A stretch of 62,367 nucleotides of DNA, filler included. It is 14 parts of 14 records of this genome, joined end to end, with 100 filler letters (N's around TTAATTAATTAA, not from the genome) between each part and the next. Parts side by side here need not be neighbours in the genome. Positions count along the whole stretch, not along the records: positions 1 to 4,773 come from SRR9188676_2384; positions 4,874 to 12,016 come from SRR9188676_2392; 12 more parts are not named here. The stretch is one strand, 5' to 3'. Position 1 is the first letter of the stretch; the number at the start of each line of letters is the position of its first letter. Under the pieces are notes generated by a model. That model did not search any database. It was not told the DNA's origin and was given only the letters and a program-made list of their open reading frames with translations. A program made the translations under genes and the position numbers. Shown here in pieces: positions 1 through 10,450 of the stretch.

Positions 1-2
1 CG

Positions 3-299
3 ATTCAATACCAGCCAGACCTTGTAATATTTCCGACACTGCTGGACTCCAGCCCCTGCCGAGGATGTCAAGCAGACATTTTCCGCTCCAATGTTAATCG
101 GTCCCGTTCCAACTCACCGGCACCATCTCAGGCCAGCTACTCGAGCTACCGCTCGAGATCTAACTTCAAAACAATGCGCCCACTAGAGGCGGTGCACAGC
201 AGCGATAAACAATATCGTAACATCGAAGGCTTCAGACCGAGTCCTCCAAGCTCGGTGGTCGCATCTCCTCTTCCAACTTGCTTGGTCTCAAAGAACTAA
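3..299 (+). CDS. Possible 3' end of a eukaryotic gene (Ser/Pro/Arg-rich tail), truncated at window start
   Basis: Open frame from nt 3 to TAA at 297-299 (IQYQPDLVIFP...SPPSSVVASPLPTCLVSKN*). No recognisable domain. Confidence 0.3.
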   Translation: MQYQPDLVIFPTLLDSSPCRGCQADIFRSNVNRSRSNSPAPSQASYSSYRSRSNFKTMRPLEAVHSSDKQYRNIEGFRPSPPSSVVASPLPTCLVSKN

Positions 300-3200
300 C
301 TCCAACCGTATTCATTCAATATTACAGGACGGTCGACACTGGAATTTCAGCGGTATAGCGGCATATATCGGTGTGCAGTGATTGTGAGTGTCTGTGTGGG
401 GATGGAGATGTGGAGGGAGATGTGTGCCAGCACTCTGTGCTTCTCGGTGTGATACTGTGTTTGTGGTTGCAAAGAGAGGACGCAAGGGTTGCAGGGGATC
501 GCAGGGTACTGGGGGAGACCCAGAGGGATCTGTTCATGTGTGAGTTTATTTTCATGAATGCGTTTGTGCCGCGGTCGTTTCAACCAAATAACTTATCATG
601 TGGCGCTGCTGATATGATATGGAGACGGACAAAAAGAGAAATAAATACAAAAAGAAGGAAGAAAAAACAGAGATGAGAGAATATCAGCAATTAAACGCAG
701 ATTTCTTTTCATCGTTTTCATATCTCTCCTGACTGTTTCGCCTGTCTCTCCCCGATGCAACCGTCTGCTGGAAAAATGAAACGCTTCATGGAAATGAGAA
801 GCCACTTTTCCTTACTTTCGTATGTGGACATCTAGATTTTACATCTGGAGCAGAAGTATAGATTCCGTAAATAGATGCTTAAAAATAAATTAAATAAATT
901 AAGAGGATCGAAAGATGATCCAGAGCCGATGTAGTGAAGAATATCAGAAAGAAAAAATCATCAGGGAAATACGGACTCTGCTAGGAAAGGAACCATACTG
1001 GCCCCTGTGGGCATGAATGATGAGGACGCCGAGGGGCGGTATAGTATCTCAGCGAGGGCTGTAATATTATCTCTAGCTCCGACAGGAACCGAACAACACT
1101 CTACAATGAAAAAAATATTAATATAGTGTTAACCGTTTTTGCCTGGCAAATGTTGTCCACCGCGGAAGAATGAAGCCGCGCCTTCTGATCTAGCCAAATA
1201 AGCTGCATTGGAGCAACGAACAAAGTCGAGAGAGTTTATGGGAGGAAGAGGTATAGGGGGGAGCGGGCTCAGTTTCGATCAGGTTCAGATCGATGGAGTG
1301 AATCAAAAGATTTGGGACTGAAAATAATTCCAACCTCCAAATTTCCCACAAAAATGTCACATCTTCAGAAATACATTGACAGTGTCCGCTGGAGCCAAGA
1401 ATCTCAAACAATTCGAAAGAATATCGAGATATTTACCTATTTTGAAGTCTACTGTCGTTCAGCTCCGCCAGATCAGAAGTGGGAAATGTGATCGATGAGT
1501 AATAGAAAACTCTCTGCTGTGCAAATATTGACCTCATCTCGTCGGAAACGATCAAGCCTTTTGAACTCACATGTATGATAGCTTTGTAAAACAATCCCAA
1601 CACTTAAGGTAGAGCGGAGTGTGCATGCATTAGCGCGTTGCTCATCACGGTGTCAACATGATCAGCACTTTCAGCGAAATGAGACCTAAGCTGCTTATAT
1701 GCTATCACTGTCACAATCAGTCGACCAATAATGACAAGCCAAAAAGAGATGAAAACAAAATGATGCAGCTGTAGGGGGGTGAAAGGATATCTGTGGGTCG
1801 CTGCTGGAAATCATATCATCGTAGCAAAGAGAGTTATTTCAAGACGTATTACCGAAGAAATCTCCAAGCTGAAATCAATATAATATTCATCTTACGCGTC
1901 AGTGTTTTTCCCCTCTCTCTGAGGAAGGAATAAAATCAGTTTCCTAGAGTGAGAATTGTGTTCCGGATCTCATGGATTATTATCCTCGATGATGGTCACG
2001 ATGTGCATGGCTGATATGAGGGGTATGAATGGGAGCTCTGGAGATGGAAGATGTCTGAGAGGGCTCAAGAATCACATGATTATATATGGGAAAGGAGAGA
2101 GCAGACAGACAGACATTGGATCCGCTTCGCATCGGAGATAATGAGCGGTGTGTCGCTATATTGTGGTTTTGAAGAGATACTGTGGAAGGGTTCTACGTAC
2201 AACAAGCCCTGAGCAGAATGCGAGGGGGGGGAATGAGTCAAAACTGTGATTCTCGGTAGGAGGAGCATTCTAAATGCATCTATTTAAAGCCTGGACCATA
2301 CTCAGATAAAGCCTGGACCAACGGGCAGCATGATGGATGCAACTGCAGTGGTCCGTTCGCGCCAATTTTCACTTTCGGTTACGAAGAAATCCATTCCAGA
2401 ACCTGTGTTGAACACAAGTTATTATCCTTCAAGAAACCTTCTAGAAGACATTCATCTATTGATAAAGCAATCAATGAAAAGCGAGACTGTAAATGATTTT
2501 ACGAGCAAAGAAAGAGACAGAGAGAAGGAGAAAGAGACAGAGAGAGAGAGAGGGGAAAACACTTACGCGATATGTTGTTGCTATGCTGCCCGCGTGTATG
2601 GTCTTGAAGAATCAAAATCAATCGGGTAGTTTGTGCTCGAAAGAAGACCGACAAACATGTCGAGCTCGATGATTGACCAATACATCCAGCGGGAGATGCG
2701 CATGATGTTGAATGCAAATACTGAAGAGGTTTTGGAACGGAACACCCGATGTGCTAATCTTGATCTATGGTTCATCATCCGGGGTGTGTTGTATGAGTTG
2801 AAGGAATTCCATGAATACTTAAATTACGCAGCAATTTCCCCGTGCCAGGGGGTCCTTGTCCGCGTTCGTTGGTCTTTGTCCTAGAGACTGTAATGTACTT
2901 GTACTTCTTGCATGTATAGTGGATTTTGGGAGGACATCTTCAACGTAAAGGCAAACAGTATCATCTTCCATACAATTGAAGAGAGACTTACGCAAAAGTT
3001 TTGGCCAGGAACAGTTTTGATCACCAAAGGGAGGGGGGTGGGGTGGTTTGGTGATCTGGAGGGGCGGGTAAGACTGGCTGCCCGACTACCTGAAGGTACC
3101 GAATTTTTTCCGTTATTTTCCGTTATTTTTTCCGATCGAGCGCTCGACTCAACCATTCAACCCCCCCCTCCCAGTCCAACACCACCCCCTCCCCCCCCCG

Positions 3201-4773
3201 CTTGCTCGAGCGCTCAACCGACATACCTGTAAACAATAACAATAACAAACACACACGGAAGGTAGTTAGTAACGCAAAAAACAATAATAATAAAAATACA
3301 TATTTTCCGTTACTTTCCGTGCCGTTATTTATTTTATTTATTTACTTGATTATTTTCGGCGTTAGTTCCGTTAGTAGTTACTCGTTCCCGAGCCAACAAA
3401 ACAAATATGGCACGCGAGAAGAAAGTAACTTCTATCGCTGAACCAACGCCGAAAATCATCCAAGTCAATAACTAAAATAAACAGAAAGCACACGAAAAGG
3501 GCTGGAAAAGAAGACGGATTAGTAACAACGGTGACACGAAGAACAAGTCGAGCACATGAAGAAGAAGAATGCAGCGAAGAATGAAAATTTGATGATCCAG
3601 CGACGATCCCTCCTCCAAAGAAAATCGAATGATAGGATAGTATTATCCTCGAAAATGATGATTCGTGTGCAAATTCACATCAAGCAAATCAGCAGTCCTC
3701 TCCTTAAGAGAAGATAAGCTTGCATTTTCGCAATAACACAAAAGAAAACAAAATGAATTTCCTTTTGTTTGAAAGCATACAAAAGAATAATTCTCGCCCC
3801 CGAAGGGGGCCCGCTCTGGCAGGTTGCAGAGTGTTGTTGGTATTGGTAGTCAAGGTCTGGCACTGATTCAGAAGACAGACTCAGAGATTCACACTGAGTC
3901 AGGATTTTGGCCCGAGACTCTTCTTGGCAGCAGTGTTCACACACACAAGGGATTGAAAGGTCCTCCTCCACACGAAGCGGGGTTCACCACCACAGGTTTT
4001 TCACATTGTTGGTTGTTCACATCATTTTGATCCCATCACCACAACAGCAGGCTAATATCGATTGCGAGAAGAGAAGACCACAGGAATGACGAGAGACAGC
4101 ACAAAGAGATGGCTAGATATCTTCGTCAATAATTTGATCACATAGCTTCCCACTCGGCTTCCAGGCTTCCCATAACACAACGACCACCACCATAAAATGC
4201 ATCTCATTTTCCACTCAGGAGGAGAGCAGTAGTTGTATGCGAGTGTGTGAGAGGATATCAAAAAGAGTGGTAGAATGAAATGAGACAGGAATTGAATTTG
4301 CAAGACAGCTAAATTGGAGAGAAAGGCAAAACGGTTTCCAAAGGACATCACATTCCACCCCCCCTATTCCAAAAAGTAAGAAAGTTCGAGGGAAATACAC
4401 CCCCTAAACAAATTCGCCTCTTCACGTTTTTCTGTTGCTGCGCAGCAGCCTGTCACACAGCAGACTCTTCTCTCTCCACTCTTCTCTCTCCGTCTATCAA
4501 TATTATGTCTCTATCACTCTTTGGATGTCTCTCGTGATGGACGTGCCGCCGAGATTTCATGATGCTCCAATTCCTTCGGTATCAATATTTTCTCACGATC
4601 TGTGGTGCTGGTGGTGGATCATCGCAGTATCCTTCTCCCGCTATTTTCCCTCTCCTCGACCTGTAAGAGTAATCTCTTTCCTCTGAAGAGAAACTTGAAC
4701 TAATATAATCGAATTTTCTTTCTACACACTGAAGCTAGCAAGTCACCTCTTTCATACACTTGTTATTCATTCG

Positions 4774-4873
4774 NNNNNNNNNNNNNNNNNNNNNNNNNNN
4801 NNNNNNNNNNNNNNNNNTTAATTAATTAANNNNNNNNNNNNNNNNNNNNNNNNNNNNNNNNNNNNNNNNNNNN
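4774..4873. other. Artificial contig linker (N44-TTAATTAATTAA-N44). Identical linkers at 12017-12116, 15180-15279, 19599-19698, 29657-29756, 33819-33918, 36654-36753, 40455-40554, 42957-43056, 46269-46368, 48463-48562, 53965-54064, 58769-58868
   Basis: The same 100-nt N-padded palindrome with stop codons in all frames recurs 13 times. Base composition and gene type change abruptly at most junctions. Confidence 0.98.
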
Positions 4874-5980
4874 GTTGTACTGGCTGTGCGCGGTGTTGCG
4901 GATATCGCCGGTGTGATCGGCCTTGACCTGCACCGCGAACTGCATGGCGATGGAGGCATTGCGCGCGAGGGCTGTGGGCACGCCGATGGCCACTTCGATC
5001 GCCGCGCCGTCTTCGGCGGTGCGGTAGCTGAAGTCGGCGTCGCCGGGCATGCGGAACAGGCGCACCGCGCCGGCCGCCGTGCTCTGCAGGCTGCCAGCGA
5101 GGTAGCGGGTGCCCGTGGGCACGAGGTCGCGCAGCAGCAGCAGGCTGCGCGGGCTGCCGTTGACGAGCACCTGCGTGCCGGTGGGCGCGGCCGCGCCGCC
5201 GGGCTGCGCGTCGCGCGCGCCGGTGTTGGTGCCCGAGATGCTGAAGTCGATGCGCGTGCTGCCGGGCACGACGGCCCCCGCATGGCTGGCCGACTTGACC
5301 AGCGCGAGCACGGCGACGCTGCCCACGTCCACCGTGTCGCGATTGCTCGCGCTCGCGCCCTGCAGGGCGGTGGTCGCGCTCAGCACCACGCAGGCACTGC
5401 CGCTGGCCGCGGCGGGAATGGTGCCCTGCACCAGCAGTTCGGCCGTCTGGCCCGGCTCCAGCGCGAGCGTGCCGGCGGCACCGGGCAGCAGCACCAGATC
5501 GGAGGCGTCGACGACGCCGTTGTGGTTGGCGTCGCGCGCCACGCGCAACACTGACAGGTCGAGCCCGTCGGCCGGGCACCCCGCGCCGTCGTTGACGAGC
5601 CCCAGGGTGTAGCGCGAAGCCACGTTGCCGGTGTTGGTGAGCAGGTGGCTCAGCGTGACGACGGTCCCGGGCGGGCGGTTCACGCGCTGGTCCTGCGTGA
5701 GCGACAGCGCCTCCACGGGCAACACGCTGGCCGTCACGGCATTGGAGATGGCCGTCTCGCTGCGGTCGAGGCCGGCCGGGACGTAGGTGCCCGTCGCGAT
5801 GCTGCGGATCACGACGCCGCCGGGCGCGGGCGCCGCCTGCGCGACCGGTGCGAAGAGCATGGCGAGTGCCACTGCGGTGGCGAGTGCGAGGCCAAAGGCC
5901 GCCATCGCGCTGCGCGCGAACGCCACGCAGCCCCACCAGCGAGGCATGCCGGCACGCGAAGAAGAAAGAAGAAATGGCAC
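4874..5980 (-). CDS. Secreted DUF11/Ig-fold surface protein (third gene of operon), 3' truncated by contig end
   Basis: Probable GTG start at 5980 after GAGGGAAGG. Signal peptide ends ...APVAQA. N-terminal APGGVVIRSIATGTY...SNAVTASV segment, HLLTNTGN strand, DANHNGVVD Ca-type motif, then a complete DUF11-like domain (LALVKSA...RDLVPTGTRYL...QFAVQV...IRNTA). Confidence 0.85.
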
Positions 5981-6196
5981 GCGGTGAACCTTCCCTCGCA
6001 CCTCCCGCTGCGGGAGACACGTCAAACAGTCGAAGAACTCTTTCCTCTGCCGCCTCGAAGGCCGGCAAGGCACGGCTTGCATGCAGCGATGTGCGCGAAA
6101 GCGGCAGGGGAAACAGGCGAGGCACCGGGGCGAACCCGGGCCTCGCGGGAAACGGCCGACGGCCCTTGCGGAACCGTCGGCGGCGCCGATGTCAGA

Positions 6197-9094
6197 TCAG
6201 GGGTTGATCTGCACGGCGAAGGTCAGCGTGACCTTTCCTCCCGGGGCCACGGTGTTGGCCGCGCTGCCGCAGCTCACCGCGGTGGCGGTCGATGCGAAGG
6301 CCGGCGCCGTACCGCCAATGCCCGGGGCTTCGCACTGCAATGCAGGCTGCTTCGCGCTCAGGACGGTGTACGCCGGCAGTGCGTCGTTGATGGCGATGTT
6401 GGTCACCGGCACGACGCCTTCGTTGGTGGCAACGACCTGGTAGACGATGCACTGGCCGGGCTTCAACTGCAGCGACGTTGCCGCGAGCGCGGTGTCCGCC
6501 ACGCCGTCGCAAGTCGCGTCGGCCGCCTGCGTCTTGAGGACGCGGATCTGGCCGGTGATCACGGCCGTGATGTCGGTGGCCGAAGGCGTACCGCAGTTGG
6601 GGGCCGGGTCGGTGAAGGTGGCCGTCACCGTCGTGGTGTTGCTGACACCCGCGCTCACGCCGCCCGGCGCGAACACGCGCACCAGCAGCTTCTGCGTCGC
6701 ACCTGCCGGCAGGCTTGCCAGCGGACCGTTCACCGGCGTGTCGCCGGCATCGATCTGGCCGTCGCCGTTGACGTCGAGGTAGACCGTGGTGGTCCAGCCT
6801 TGCGCCGCATCCGCCGCGGGCACCGTGGCTGTCAGCGTGTACGCGCCGCAGCTCTGGGCGCCGATGTTGGTCAGCGTGTGGGCATACACCACGGTGCCGC
6901 CGGGCGCGACCTGGCCGTTGTTGTTCGGCGTGAGCGAGGCGCCCAGTTGCAGCGCCGTCGAGGTCACCGTCACGGCGTCGGTCTTGACGTCGGACGCGAT
7001 GCCGCCGGTCGAGGCCACCGCGGTGGATTGCACCTTGAAGTAGATCTTCACTGCAGTGACTGCGGCTTGCGAGGAAGGCGGCGTGACGCACGCTTCGACC
7101 GCCTGCTGTCCCCCGGCGATGACCGCGAGGTTTGAGATGGCCGGCGATGCACAGGTGCCGCCAAACGCCACGAACTTGACCGTCCAGCCTGCTGGCAGCG
7201 CGCCCGGGAAACCGGTCGTCTGGCTGGCGGCAAGGTTGTAGGTCGCGTCGACCACGTCGTGGTTCTTCACCCACAGCGTGAAGACCGTGCCGGTGCCGGC
7301 CCCCGTGTCGTGGACCTGCGTCGGCAACGGGCTGGGACCCGCGCCGAGGTCACCGTTGGCGACGCTGCCGGTGCCTGTACCGATCTTCGTATTGGTCAAG
7401 TCAACCAGGGTCTCGATCACGCGCTCGAGGCGGTCTTCGGTCGCATCGATCTTCGTGTTGTCGCCCACGGAACGACCGAGCACGGTGGCCACGTAGGCGC
7501 CGCCCACGGTGGACGGCGGCAGTTGCACCTGCGTCACGATGTTGAAGCTCGCGCCAGCCGGGATCGGACCGGTGTCGGGCACGCCGTCACCGTTCGTGTC
7601 CAGCAGCGGTGCGCCGGTGTCTGCCGCGAAGAACTGGAAGCTCGTGCCGGCCGGGAAGGTGTTGGCGGAGATCGACAGGTTCACGGCATCGGTCGCGCCG
7701 CCCGTGTTGAACACGGTTTGCGGGAACCGGACGCTGCTGCCTGCGACGGCCAACTGCCTCGTGGTCAGGTCTTGCCCAGCGGGGTTGGGCGTGCCGGGTG
7801 TTGCGTCGAGTGCCGTTGCAGCCGTGGACGGGTTGGACCCCACCACGATGCCGAAACGCGCCAGGACGGTGTACGCCGACGGGTTGGAGGTGGAACCGAC
7901 CGTGCCGATCAACGCTGCGGTCACGCCAGCCGGCGCGTTCACGGGGTTGTAGCGGGCCACGTTGGTGGTGGTGGACGTACCGACCGCCGCGGTGCTGTTC
8001 ACGAGCACCACGAAGCTCAGCGTTTGCGTCACGTTCGGATTCAGCGACGCCACCACGGCATTCAGCGTGTTGCCAGTCGCCTGGAAGTCGATGCCCGACG
8101 GATCGCCGCCTGCACCGTCACCCAGCGCCGTACCCGACGCACCGCTCCACACTGCCGAGCCCGTGACGTAGGTCAACCCTGCCGGCAACACATCGGACAG
8201 CGCGAACTTGCCCGGTGCGCCACCCGTGTTGTTGAACGTGAGGGTGTAGACCGAGTACTGGCAGTTCGCGTTCGACGCGAGACCGGCTGTCCAGCTCGTG
8301 GCCGTGCAGGCGGCGGAAGAGCGCGGCCCACTGGTCGGCGCGGTCGGCCAGACGCCGTTGCCCGGTGCCGCGACCGACGGAGTGCCGATGACCTTGGTGA
8401 GGTTGAACACCGCATCGGTGGCCAGCTTGACCTCGTCCTTGTCGGCCGCCGAGGTGTTCGGCGCGGTGTACAGCGCCGGAGTGCCCGGGGTGGCGGTGAT
8501 CGTTGCGGCATCGAAGTTGCCGGTGCCGGTGGCTGAGCCCGGGATCGTGTAGGCCACGACGAAGCGGAACGCGCCGTTGTTGCCGGGCACGCTCTGCGCC
8601 GGGGTCACCGTGCAGACGTTCGCATCGGTGGCCGAGCACAGCGCCGTCGTGCTGTCGGGCAGCCCGTTGCCGTCGGCATCGGCAAAGACCTCGACACGCG
8701 AGAACTTGCCCGCATCGGCCTTGACCGTGAGGGCGAAGGTGTCGACGCCGTTGCCGGTGTTGGTCAGCACGTGAGGCGCATAGACCGTGGCGCCGGCCGC
8801 GCCGGACTTGGTGTTGACGATGGTCGTCGTCACCTGGTTGACGCTGTCGAGCGTGAACGAGCCCACCTGGAGAACAGTGGTCTGCACCAGGTTGGAGGTG
8901 GCGACCTGGGTCGTCCCGGCAGCGTCCGAATAGCTGGCGGACGCCTGGTTGCCGATGACGGTGTTGGCGGGCGGCGACGCGGCAAATGCAGCCGGGCTTC
9001 CGAAAAGGAAGCCCAGCGTCAACGCTGCGGCGCCTGCCCAGGGCGCGCACGGCTTGCAGCCGCTGGCGCGTTGGGTTGGCTGGGTGGGAATCAC
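6197..9094 (-). CDS. Large secreted multi-Ig/DUF11 repeat protein (putative major fibre or adhesin subunit)
   Basis: Likely GTG start at 9094 with AGAGGAG RBS (ORF open from 9130). Signal peptide ends ...PAAFA. Thr/Ala/Gly/Val-rich beta-sandwich repeats with TNTG/NNTG/TNIG/TNEG strands, two DUF11-type domains (LSDVLPAGLTYV; INDALPAYT), three Dx[DN]G[DN]GxxD Ca-binding motifs, paired Cys. Confidence 0.9.
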   Translation of the reverse strand: MIPTQPTQRASGCKPCAPWAGAAALTLGFLFGSPAAFAASPPANTVIGNQASASYSDAAGTTQVATSNLVQTTVLQVGSFTLDSVNQVTTTIVNTKSGAAGATVYAPHVLTNTGNGVDTFALTVKADAGKFSRVEVFADADGNGLPDSTTALCSATDANVCTVTPAQSVPGNNGAFRFVVAYTIPGSATGTGNFDAATITATPGTPALYTAPNTSAADKDEVKLATDAVFNLTKVIGTPSVAAPGNGVWPTAPTSGPRSSAACTATSWTAGLASNANCQYSVYTLTFNNTGGAPGKFALSDVLPAGLTYVTGSAVWSGASGTALGDGAGGDPSGIDFQATGNTLNAVVASLNPNVTQTLSFVVLVNSTAAVGTSTTTNVARYNPVNAPAGVTAALIGTVGSTSNPSAYTVLARFGIVVGSNPSTAATALDATPGTPNPAGQDLTTRQLAVAGSSVRFPQTVFNTGGATDAVNLSISANTFPAGTSFQFFAADTGAPLLDTNGDGVPDTGPIPAGASFNIVTQVQLPPSTVGGAYVATVLGRSVGDNTKIDATEDRLERVIETLVDLTNTKIGTGTGSVANGDLGAGPSPLPTQVHDTGAGTGTVFTLWVKNHDVVDATYNLAASQTTGFPGALPAGWTVKFVAFGGTCASPAISNLAVIAGGQQAVEACVTPPSSQAAVTAVKIYFKVQSTAVASTGGIASDVKTDAVTVTSTALQLGASLTPNNNGQVAPGGTVVYAHTLTNIGAQSCGAYTLTATVPAADAAQGWTTTVYLDVNGDGQIDAGDTPVNGPLASLPAGATQKLLVRVFAPGGVSAGVSNTTTVTATFTDPAPNCGTPSATDITAVITGQIRVLKTQAADATCDGVADTALAATSLQLKPGQCIVYQVVATNEGVVPVTNIAINDALPAYTVLSAKQPALQCEAPGIGGTAPAFASTATAVSCGSAANTVAPGGKVTLTFAVQINP

Positions 9095-9256
9095 GTAGTT
9101 TTCTCCTCTGTTGTCGATGAACGGGAACACGAAAGAACCTGGCGGATACGTTTCGACGGGCGAACGCGTACCTGCCGACTGGCACTCAGAAACAAGAGAT
9201 CGATGGAAAAGGCGGGCGCCCTCGCCTCGCGCAGCGCGCGAGGGCCGGCGCGGCCT

Positions 9257-9880
9257 TTACTTGCCGCGCGGGGGCGGCGTGGCGGGCGTGGCGGGCGCAG
9301 CCGTTGGCGGTGCGACGGCTTCAACCTTGGCGCGCGCGCTCACGGCGATGCTGCCGCTGGCAGGCAACTGGCCCAGGCTCCAGCGCAGCATGCGGTACTC
9401 GCTGTAGGGAACGGGTTCGGTCTTGCCGCTGGCCAGCTTGCGAACAAGCGGCTCGGGCTCGAAGACGGCGGTCTTGGTGGCGGCTTTCACGAGGCTGGCG
9501 CCTGGCTTGGCGCTGCGCGGCAGGTATTCCAGCCCCTCGGGGATCGGCAGATCGGCCACGAGGCCCTTGACCGGTTTGCCCGTGTTGTTGGTGTAGGTGG
9601 CCTTGTATTCGATGACGTCACCCGGCTTGATGGTGGCCGCGTCCTGGAACTGTTCATTGCCGTCGGGCCCCTTGACCACCTTCGACTGGGCGAGGACGAC
9701 GGTCACGGCCTGGGTCGCGGCAGGTGCGCGCGACGCCTCCAGCGAAGCGGTGGGTTGCGCGAACGCGACGGTCGCGGCGCCTGCGGCAAGCAGGACCAGG
9801 CCTGCGCGGATCAGCGGGTGGACCGCCCCTGCGCGGCCTCGCGACGACGACAAGAACAAGTCCCATGTGGATGCTGTCAT
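9257..9880 (-). CDS. Small secreted single DUF11-like domain protein (first gene of operon)
   Basis: Signal peptide ends ...TVAFA. KPGDVIEYKATYTNNTG...DLPIPEGLEYLP...LRWSLGQLPASGSIAVSARAKV is a DUF11-like core, followed only by a Pro/Ala tail. Confidence 0.85.
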   Translation of the reverse strand: MTASTWDLFLSSSRGRAGAVHPLIRAGLVLLAAGAATVAFAQPTASLEASRAPAATQAVTVVLAQSKVVKGPDGNEQFQDAATIKPGDVIEYKATYTNNTGKPVKGLVADLPIPEGLEYLPRSAKPGASLVKAATKTAVFEPEPLVRKLASGKTEPVPYSEYRMLRWSLGQLPASGSIAVSARAKVEAVAPPTAAPATPATPPPRGK

Positions 9881-10450
9881 TCAAACCCCAATTAACAATA
9901 TTTGAAATTCATGTCGCAAAATTTGCAATCAACTTCTTATTGCAAACAAATAGCCAACATTGCTTGCAATCGAAGGCAATCGGCCACTTGGATTTTGCGT
10001 ACTGAATTCTTATGTCTCGGGGCTTTTATGGCAATCAAACAAAAGAACAGAGGATGCGCAAATGAGACATATTGAACAAACAAAATGCATCCACCATTTC
10101 ATTCGACCTGAAGCCCTCTCAATTGAAGCTTTCAAGCTTCTGGGAGAGTCAAAACAATTGAGAGCGAATGACAACAACAGCAACCCCAGGCGAACCCCTA
10201 TTCGTGAAATAATATTTTCAATGAATTCAAACTCATAGAATTAATTTGAAACCACTCATTCGATGCGGCACAAGAAATTATTCATCGATGAATTTCTGAG
10301 AAATCCCGGCGACCAAAAAAAATATCCAACTCACAAAGAATCTAGTAAAGATGAGTGCTTGCCCACCCGTTTTTCATCACTCATTCACGTCGCCTCGAAT
10401 CACAGGCTCTTGATTTCAATTCAGGCGTTCTACTGATTGAATCCAGAGAT
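9881..10450. promoter_or_regulatory. AT-rich upstream/control region of the DUF11 operon
   Basis: Sharp local drop in GC relative to the very GC-rich flanks. No credible CDS. Lies between divergent transcription units. Confidence 0.6.

Noticed and set aside
2285-2320. 14-bp direct repeat TAAAGCCTGGACCA x2
   Set aside because: Only two copies 8 nt apart; a local duplication with no array or element structure.
2560-2765. Minus-strand frame that reads through if two TGA codons are Trp (…KLPD*F*FFKTIH…), hinting at a variant genetic code
   Set aside because: No recognisable homologue anchors the frame, unannotated introns explain it equally well, and identifiable eukaryotic genes elsewhere in the window use TGG at conserved Trp sites.
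4818-9895. Long overlapping alternative-frame ORFs (e.g. 5645-7135+, 7259-8536+, 8771-9895+, 4818-6125-, 6192-7274-, 8118-9185-)
   Set aside because: Arg/Gly/Ala-rich shadow ORFs expected from high GC3 bias of the real minus-strand genes.
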